Source of the DNA: an uncultured Enterobacterales bacterium
GTDB lineage: Bacteria; Myxococcota_A; UBA796; UBA2385
Assembly (NCBI GenBank): GCA_964599085.1
Contig: CAZRFD010000013.1
Coordinates: 2,369 to 66,368, forward strand
DNA length: 64,000 nucleotides
Reading direction: 5' to 3'
The notes under the pieces were generated by a model that made no database searches, had not been told where the DNA came from, and saw only the letters and a list, made by a program, of their open reading frames with translations. Numbering within the stretch: position 1 is the stretch's first letter; every line of letters starts with the position of its first letter. This document shows positions 45,232-51,136 of this stretch, one piece after another. The position numbers and the translations under genes are program-made.

Positions 45232-47541
45232 TCACTGGATGCCGGTGTCGGGGCCGTCCGCATCGTCACGGGCCCGGTCTTCCCAGTAGAACGCGGTGAA
45301 CACGGAGCGCCGCTGCAAGCCGTAGTGGTCGCTCGGGTCGGCGTTGGCGGGCACCGACAGGCCGGTCACATCGATGCGCCACGGGTTGCCGGGCAGTCCG
45401 TCGCTGGCGTCGAGCTGCAGCCGGTGGGCATCGGGACCGGTGTTGGGATGGTTCGTACACACGCCGATGTCGTCGCGGCACACGCGGGTGCGCATCACCG
45501 CCACGTCTGCACCGGTCACGTTCATGTTCGGTTCGTACCACCAGACGGCGGCCTTGAAGCGGTCCACCGCCAGGGGGATGTCCTGGTTGACGCCGACGAT
45601 GTTCGGATTGAGGTCCGTGGATCGCGTCTCTCCATCGTCGATGGTCCAGGCGTGGAGCTGCACCCGAAACGGAGCGTCCATGCCGGCCGGTGTCCACATG
45701 CGCATCCGGATCCGGCCCGCCCCCCACAGATCGTCCACGGGCGCGCCATAGCCCTTGACGCCGGTGTCGAGCTGGCCATCCCCCATCAACAGCATCTGGG
45801 CGTGCAGCAGGCCGACGTTGTTGGCCGTCGCCGCCCCGTACTCCTCCACCAGCAGATCCTTGAGGTTGGCGGCAGCGCCAGCGACGACGGGAGCCGCAAA
45901 GCTGGTGCCGTGATGCTCGATCGTGGAGTAGCCATCGTCATACTCCGCCATCCCCGACGAGCGCCCCGCCGCAGCCACCAGGTCGATGATGGCGTTGCCA
46001 TCGGCGCCACCACCGCGCGAAGAGCTGCCGTAGATCGGCCCAGCGTTCAGGTTCGACGCCGAGTAGTCGTAGCCGCCGACCGAGAATGTCCCCGCAGCCG
46101 GCGAGGGCACGTCCACCGTGCAGCCGCTGCTGCCCTGGTTTCCGGCCGCGTGCACGAAGAAGACGCCCGCGTGGTACAGCGCGTTTGCGTAGTCGTTGCG
46201 GGAATGCACCGCCTGGCGAGGGTCGCACTTGGACGGAGCGCAGTGCAGCGACATGTTGACCACGTCGAGCCCCAGCGTGGCGGCGTACTGCATCGACCGG
46301 TTCACACCGCCGCTGTTGGAGTCGATGGCGCAGAACGACGACTCGGTCGTCATGCCGGTGCGCGCCCGCCGCTCGGCCCACGATGTCACGGCGGGATCCT
46401 GCGCCTGGGTCAGATCGGCGATGAGCTGGCCGGCGACAAGATTGCCGTGCTGCTCCGACGTGCTGGTCGTACCCACCGGATCGCTCACCCAACCCGAGTC
46501 GTAGACCCACTGGTCGGTCAGCCGGGGGCCGCCGCAGGACAGCGGCGGGCCGCAGTCCTTCCAGGCGGGGTGGTCCACGTCGACCTTGCTGTCGATGATG
46601 CCGACGAAGATGTCGTCGACGTTGCTGCGGCCGCTGGCCCGGTCCCCGTCGTAGCCGTCGTCGAGGAACTGCTGCACCTGCGACGCATCGCGGATCTCCT
46701 GGCCCCGGTTGACCGCGGAGTATTGCGCGTCGGGCCGCAGCTCGATCCGGGCGACGGCGCTGTCCGCGGCCAGCCGCTCGATCACCGCCGGAGGGGCTTC
46801 GACATCAAAGGCGTTGACGAGCCAGGTGTGAGACAGGACGCGCGCGCCGCCAGCCTCTGCCATTGCGCGTAGCTCAGCCTGCGACGCGTCGATCACCGTC
46901 TTCCGGTCTTCGATGGCCAGCACGCGGGCTTCCATACGGTCGAGCACGAAGGCCGGGTCGGTGTCGAGCATGCCCGGTCCAGCGTCGGGCAGATCCAGGG
47001 CCGGCTGATCCGCCAGCACGACCCGGACCTCAAGCAGATCGTCGCTGGCCGCGGTGCTGAGCCAGTCGGAGACATGCCAGTCCATCTCGAAGCTGGTCGC
47101 GGGCAGGTCGGTCCCCGCCGCGCGCCGCGCGATGAACACGTCGGTTTCATCGACAGTGGCGTCGGGGTGGACTTCGAGCCACGCCGCAAGCAGTTCGTCT
47201 TCGGACAGGACCACGGAGTCGACGCGAAGGACCCGCACCTCTGAGACAAGGTCACTGTCGACGGAGTCCTGCCAGGAGTCCGCGACGATCTCGTAGTGAC
47301 CGCCGTCGGGATCGACCAACGAGTCGAAGCCCACCGTGAAGCTGCTTCCGTCCCGCAAGGTGACGACGTTGCTGCCGGTCACCGACCAGCTCTCGGCACC
47401 GTCGGGAGCGACGCGGCGCTGCTGGTAGAAGAGCACCTCTCCCCCGGTCGCGGCCGCCGTGGTGGCACTTGCTGCCGTGTCTGCGCCGCCCGTGTCCGCC
47501 GCGCGGGACGCTGAACTGGAGGCGAGCGCCACGAGCACCAC
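45232..47541 (-). CDS. subtilisin-like serine peptidase (S8 family) with large N- and C-terminal extensions
   Basis: The catalytic triad contexts are VGIIDSKVD (Asp), SEQHGNLVAG (His) and HGTSFAAPVVAG (Ser). GTG 47541 is the only in-frame start but gives a poor signal peptide (see findings). Confidence 0.9.
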   Translation of the reverse strand: MVLVALASSSASRAADTGGADTAASATTAAATGGEVLFYQQRRVAPDGAESWSVTGSNVVTLRDGSSFTVGFDSLVDPDGGHYEIVADSWQDSVDSDLVSEVRVLRVDSVVLSEDELLAAWLEVHPDATVDETDVFIARRAAGTDLPATSFEMDWHVSDWLSTAASDDLLEVRVVLADQPALDLPDAGPGMLDTDPAFVLDRMEARVLAIEDRKTVIDASQAELRAMAEAGGARVLSHTWLVNAFDVEAPPAVIERLAADSAVARIELRPDAQYSAVNRGQEIRDASQVQQFLDDGYDGDRASGRSNVDDIFVGIIDSKVDVDHPAWKDCGPPLSCGGPRLTDQWVYDSGWVSDPVGTTSTSEQHGNLVAGQLIADLTQAQDPAVTSWAERRARTGMTTESSFCAIDSNSGGVNRSMQYAATLGLDVVNMSLHCAPSKCDPRQAVHSRNDYANALYHAGVFFVHAAGNQGSSGCTVDVPSPAAGTFSVGGYDYSASNLNAGPIYGSSSRGGGADGNAIIDLVAAAGRSSGMAEYDDGYSTIEHHGTSFAAPVVAGAAANLKDLLVEEYGAATANNVGLLHAQMLLMGDGQLDTGVKGYGAPVDDLWGAGRIRMRMWTPAGMDAPFRVQLHAWTIDDGETRSTDLNPNIVGVNQDIPLAVDRFKAAVWWYEPNMNVTGADVAVMRTRVCRDDIGVCTNHPNTGPDAHRLQLDASDGLPGNPWRIDVTGLSVPANADPSDHYGLQRRSVFTAFYWEDRARDDADGPDTGIQ

Positions 47542-47603
47542 GACCCACGTGGTCGGGCGTCCCCAGGCCCCACCATCTCCACGGTCAGGCCGAGCTACGC
47601 GCG

Positions 47604-47623
47604 GCGAGCGAGCGAGCGAGCGA
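47604..47623. repeat. (GCGA)5 tetranucleotide repeat
   Basis: There are five perfect units, read as (TCGC)5 on the minus strand. The first unit coincides with the -12 element of the sigma54-like motif. Confidence 0.9.
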
Positions 47624-47634
47624 GATTCGTGCCA
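47620..47634 (-). promoter_or_regulatory. candidate sigma54 (-24/-12) promoter upstream of the S8 peptidase operon
   Basis: The minus strand reads tTGGCACGaatcTCGCt, against the consensus YTGGCACG-N4-TTGCW. The GG and GC dinucleotides are correctly spaced, with one mismatch in the -12 box. It lies about 80 nt upstream of GTG 47541. Confidence 0.4.
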
Positions 47635-47673
47635 ACATCGGAACCTCCTGCCGAAACGCTAACACAGAATGCA

Positions 47674-47703
47674 GCGAGCCACAGCCCCGCGAGCCACAGC
47701 CCC
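47674..47703. repeat. 2 x 15-nt tandem repeat (gcgagccacagcccc)
   Basis: There are two perfect adjacent copies, followed by a degenerate gcgagcggtgagccgcgagccgcgg. Confidence 0.85.
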
Positions 47704-47772
47704 GCGAGCGGTGAGCCGCGAGCCGCGGAGTCGATGGGGTACGGCTTGCGTCACAGTTCCATGAACGGTGGC

Positions 47773-47925
47773 GGATCGAGCGGTGCCGGCTCCGGCGAGC
47801 CTCGCCCGCTCGATCCCCTCATCGGATCGAGCGGCGCCGGCTCCCGCGAGCCTCGGTCGCTCGATCCCCTCAGCGGATCGAGAAGCGCCGGCTCCGGCGA
47901 GCCTCGCCCGCTCGATCCGCTCGCC
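47773..47925. repeat. 3 x 51-nt tandem repeat, each unit an 11-bp-arm inverted repeat (GGATCGAGCGG-N22-CCGCTCGATCC)
   Basis: The units are at 47773-47823, 47824-47874 and 47875-47925. The units abut with no spacers between them. The third unit has a degenerate left arm (ggatcgagaag). Confidence 0.92.
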
Positions 47926-47935
47926 GCCACCCCGC

Positions 47936-48070
47936 GACGCAGAGTGGGTGGGAGGACTGCGCCAGGAGGATACCCCTGCGCACCTGGCCGCCGCCTGCCG
48001 AGCAGCTCAGGCCCCCTCCCCCCCGGTGAAGACGATGTCCGGACCGGTGCGCGATCTGCGCCAATTCCTC
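47936..48070. repeat. direct repeat copy B (right flank of the cassette; contains the true ubiD-family start)
   Basis: See copy A. Copy B has about 22 extra nt (47985-48012 against 43282-43287) between the two conserved blocks. Confidence 0.9.
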
Positions 48071-49840
48071 GACCTGCTCCGCCGCGACCGCGATCTGGTG
48101 GTCATCGACGCCCCCGTCGCCCCCTACCTGGAGCTGGCCGAGATCCACAAGCGGGTCATCGCCGCCAACGGGCCGGCCCTGCTGTTCACGAACCCGCTGG
48201 GCGCCGACATGCCCGTGGTCACCAACCTGTTCGGCACGAAGAAGCGCGCCGAGCTGGCCTTCGGCGACCGCCCGCTGCGCTTCGTGCAGGAGGCCGCCCG
48301 CCTGCCCATGGAGATGCTGCCGCCGACCCTCGGCAAGCTGTGGGACAAGCGCGGCTTCCTCGGCCAGGGCCTCAAGGTGGGTATGAAGCGCCGCGCCCGC
48401 GGGCCCATCACGGAGGTGGTCGAGGAGCCGCGCCTGACCCGTCTCCCCCTGCTGCATGCCCACAAGGACGACGGCGGCGCCTTCGTGACCCTGCCGCTCG
48501 TGTACACCGAGCACCCCGAGCACGGCGGGCACAACCTCGGCATGTACCGGATCCAGCGCTACGACGACCGCACCACCGGGATCCACTGGCAGATCGGCAA
48601 GGGCGGCGGCTTCCACCACCACGTCGCCGAGCAGCGCGGCGAGGCCCTGCCCGTCACCGTCTTCGTCGGTGGCCCCCCCGCGCTCATGCTCTCAGCCATC
48701 GCGCCGCTGCCCGAGAACGTGCCCGAGCTGCTGCTGGCCAGCCTGCTGCTCGGCGACAAGCTGCCCCGGGTCGACAACCCCGCCGGCCCCCACCCGCTCA
48801 TCGCCGACGCCGAGCTGGCGCTCATCGGCAAGGTGCCGCCGGGCGTGCGTCGCCCGGAGGGGCCCTTCGGCGACCACTACGGCTACTACAGCCTCACCCA
48901 CGACTTCCCGATCATCGAGCTGGACGCCGTCTGCCGACGCCGGGACGCCATCTGGCCGGCCACCGTGGTGGCCAAGCCCCGCCAGGAGGACTTCTACATC
49001 GGCGACTACCTTCAGGAGCTGCTGTCGCCGCTCTTCCCGGTGGTCATGCCCGGCGTCCGGGACCTGTGGTCCTACGGCGAGACCGGCTTCCACAGCCTCG
49101 GCGCCGCCGTGGTCCAGGACCGCTTCGGCCGGGAAGCCATGCAGCACGCCTTCCGCATCCTCGGAGAGGGGCAGCTCGCCCTGACCAAGTTCCTGCTGGT
49201 CACCGACAGGCCGCGGGATCTGCGCGACTTCCGGTCCCTCCTGACCCACGTCCTGGCCCGCTTCCGCCCGGAGACCGACCTCTATGTCTTCGGCCGGCTC
49301 AGCCTGGACACGCTGGACTACACCGGCCCGGCGCTGAACGAGGGCAGCCGCGGCGTGATGCTCGGCGTCGGCGACCCGGTCCGCGACTGCCCCGCGCAGT
49401 TCCAGGGCGAGCTGCCCGCAGACATCACCACCGCCGAAGCCTTCGTCCCCGGCTGCCTCGTCCTCTCCGGCGCCTCCCACGACGACGAACCCGACCTCGC
49501 CGCGCGGCTGGTCGACCACGCCGACGCGCTCTCGGCCTGGCCGCTGATCGTCCTGGTCGACGACGCCCGCCGTACCTGCGCCGACCCCACGCGCTTCCTG
49601 TGGACCGTGTTCACCCGCTTCGAACCGGCCAGCGACATCTTCGCCCGCCAGCGGATCGTCCACAACCACATCGTGCGTGAGGGCCCCATCGTCATCGACG
49701 CCCGCATGAAGGCCCGCTACCCCGCCGAGCTGTTCTGCGACCCCGACACGAAGGCCCGGGTGGATACCCGCTGGAACGAGTACTTCCCCGACGGCGACGT
49801 GGTCATGGGCGACGGCGACTGGGAGGCCGGGGCGAGCTGA
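48035..49840 (+). CDS. UbiD-family (prenylated-FMN-dependent) decarboxylase
   Basis: The N-terminus MSGPVRDLRQFLDLL...GPALLFTNPLGADMPVVTNLFGT is collinear with UbiD. The UbiD core is ...HWQIGKGGGFHH.... The track start at 47768 is rejected. Confidence 0.9.
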   Translation: MSGPVRDLRQFLDLLRRDRDLVVIDAPVAPYLELAEIHKRVIAANGPALLFTNPLGADMPVVTNLFGTKKRAELAFGDRPLRFVQEAARLPMEMLPPTLGKLWDKRGFLGQGLKVGMKRRARGPITEVVEEPRLTRLPLLHAHKDDGGAFVTLPLVYTEHPEHGGHNLGMYRIQRYDDRTTGIHWQIGKGGGFHHHVAEQRGEALPVTVFVGGPPALMLSAIAPLPENVPELLLASLLLGDKLPRVDNPAGPHPLIADAELALIGKVPPGVRRPEGPFGDHYGYYSLTHDFPIIELDAVCRRRDAIWPATVVAKPRQEDFYIGDYLQELLSPLFPVVMPGVRDLWSYGETGFHSLGAAVVQDRFGREAMQHAFRILGEGQLALTKFLLVTDRPRDLRDFRSLLTHVLARFRPETDLYVFGRLSLDTLDYTGPALNEGSRGVMLGVGDPVRDCPAQFQGELPADITTAEAFVPGCLVLSGASHDDEPDLAARLVDHADALSAWPLIVLVDDARRTCADPTRFLWTVFTRFEPASDIFARQRIVHNHIVREGPIVIDARMKARYPAELFCDPDTKARVDTRWNEYFPDGDVVMGDGDWEAGAS

Positions 49841-49925
49841 GTCGGACGGCGTCGCCTGCGCTCCGACGCACGCCCTGCGTGGGCCGCCCCTCTCCCTCCG
49901 CCCGACCGACGGCAGCGCGGCGGAC

Positions 49926-49998
49926 GCTGCTGACACCACCCTGTCAGCAGGCCGGGGCGAGGCGGAAGGCTGCTGACACGAGGCTGTCAGCAGGCCGG
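49926..49998. promoter_or_regulatory. two copies of a 24-bp palindrome (CTGCTGACA-N6-TGTCAGCAG), candidate operator pair
   Basis: The copies are 49926-49955 (gctgctgacaccaccctgtcagcaggccgg) and 49969-49998 (gctgctgacacgaggctgtcagcaggccgg), with a period of 43 nt. They lie 55-125 nt upstream of the VOC gene. Confidence 0.5.
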
Positions 49999-50052
49999 CG
50001 GTACGTGGACCGTGTCCGCAAGCCCGCGGGCAATGACTCCCAAGGAAAAAGC

Positions 50053-50412
50053 GTGTCCCTCCCTCCTCCCGGCACCATCATCTGGCACGAGGTGGTCGGC
50101 GCCGACGCCGACGGCCTCCGCTCCTTCTACGGCCAGCTCTTCGGGTGGCGCTTCACCGAAGACAAGCCCACCTACAGCATGTTCCCCGGCCCGGACGGTC
50201 GACCGGTCGGCGGGATCGGCGCCATCGGTGCCGGCCAGAGCTGGACGACCTTCTACGTGGCCGTGGCTGACCTGGAGACGGCCATGCAGGATGCGTCCGC
50301 GCTCGGGGCCACGGTGCTGCGGCAGGTGGTCGACGCCGGTCCCAACCGCTTCTGCGTGATGGCCGACCCCGAGGGCCACCCCTTCGGCCTCGTCCAGGTC
50401 AGCGCCGCCTGA
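50053..50412 (+). CDS. VOC (glyoxalase/bleomycin-resistance fold) family protein
   Basis: GTG 50053 is preceded by AAGGA. ...IWHEVVGADADGLRSFYGQLFGWRF...FCVMADPEGHPFGLV matches the VOC fold pattern. Confidence 0.8.
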   Translation: MSLPPPGTIIWHEVVGADADGLRSFYGQLFGWRFTEDKPTYSMFPGPDGRPVGGIGAIGAGQSWTTFYVAVADLETAMQDASALGATVLRQVVDAGPNRFCVMADPEGHPFGLVQVSAA

Positions 50413-50446
50413 CGGCGCTCCGTCGCGGCGTGCCATCCTGTGGACC

Positions 50447-51124
50447 ATGCGCCGCGCCGACCGCCTCTTCCGCCTCGTCCAGCTCCTCCGCAAGCGCCGC
50501 TTCGCCACGGCCGAGGAGCTGGCCGAGGCGCTGGCGGTGTCGAAGCGAACCGTCTACCGCGACATCCGAGACCTCCAGGACAGCGACGTCCCGATCCATG
50601 GCGAGGCCGGCGTCGGCTACACGCTGCAGCGCGGCTTCGAGCTGCCACCCTTGACCTTCTCCACCGCCGAGCTGGAGTCGCTGGTCCTGGGCGCTCGAAT
50701 GGTGCAGGCCTGGGCCGATCCTGCGCTGGGTGAGGCCGCCGCCACGGCGATCGAGAAGATCGAGGGAGTGTTGCCCGACGCCCTCCGCCGGGTCGTCGAC
50801 GAGTCGGCGCTGTTCGCCATGCGCCTGCACCGCGAAGCCGACGTGGAGGGCAACCTCGGGCTCCTCCGCACCGCGGTGCGAGAGCGTCGCGTGGTCCGCT
50901 TCGAGTATGAAGCCCAGGACGGTCGGCGCAGCGACCGCCAGGTCCGGTCGCTCGGGCTGTTCTTCTGGGGCCAGGTGTGGACACTGGCGAGTTGGGACCC
51001 GCTGCGCGCCGACTTCCGGTCGTTCCGTACCGACCGCATGTCGGCGCTGGCCCTGACCGACACGCGCTTCGCTCCCGACGAACGAGACCTCGACGCCTTC
51101 CTGCAGGCCCAGCGGCGACGCTGA
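50447..51124 (+). CDS. YafY-family transcriptional regulator (HTH plus WYL domain)
   Basis: The N-terminal HTH is RLFRLVQLLRKRRFATAEELAEALAVSKRTVYRDIRDL. A WYL-type segment ...VVRFEYEAQDGRRSDRQVRSLGLFFWGQVWTLASWD... follows. Confidence 0.85.
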   Translation: MRRADRLFRLVQLLRKRRFATAEELAEALAVSKRTVYRDIRDLQDSDVPIHGEAGVGYTLQRGFELPPLTFSTAELESLVLGARMVQAWADPALGEAAATAIEKIEGVLPDALRRVVDESALFAMRLHREADVEGNLGLLRTAVRERRVVRFEYEAQDGRRSDRQVRSLGLFFWGQVWTLASWDPLRADFRSFRTDRMSALALTDTRFAPDERDLDAFLQAQRRR

Positions 51125-51136
51125 CGGACCGCCCCC

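Larger units (their letters stand above)
43346..47935. other. putative inserted 4.6-kb cassette (S8 protease operon plus repeat-rich leader) between direct-repeat copies A and B
   Basis: The segment is bounded by the duplicated ubiD 5' region. All of its genes are on the minus strand. A/T-ending codons are visibly more frequent than in the flanking core genes. No recombinase gene is present. Confidence 0.45.

Noticed and set aside
47773-47925. A possible CRISPR array made of the 51-nt repeats.
   Set aside because: The units abut directly with no spacers. There are only three copies, and no cas genes are present in the window.
47768-48034. A possible N-terminal extension of UbiD containing three 17-aa repeats (DRAxPAPASLxRSIxSx), in frame with ubiD from GTG 47768.
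   Set aside because: The 51-nt period keeps every frame open, and other frames are open across the region too. The UbiD N-terminus aligns from ATG 48035. The duplicated copy A conserves that ATG and its immediate upstream sequence. The repeats are palindromic DNA, which suggests a nucleic-acid-level element.
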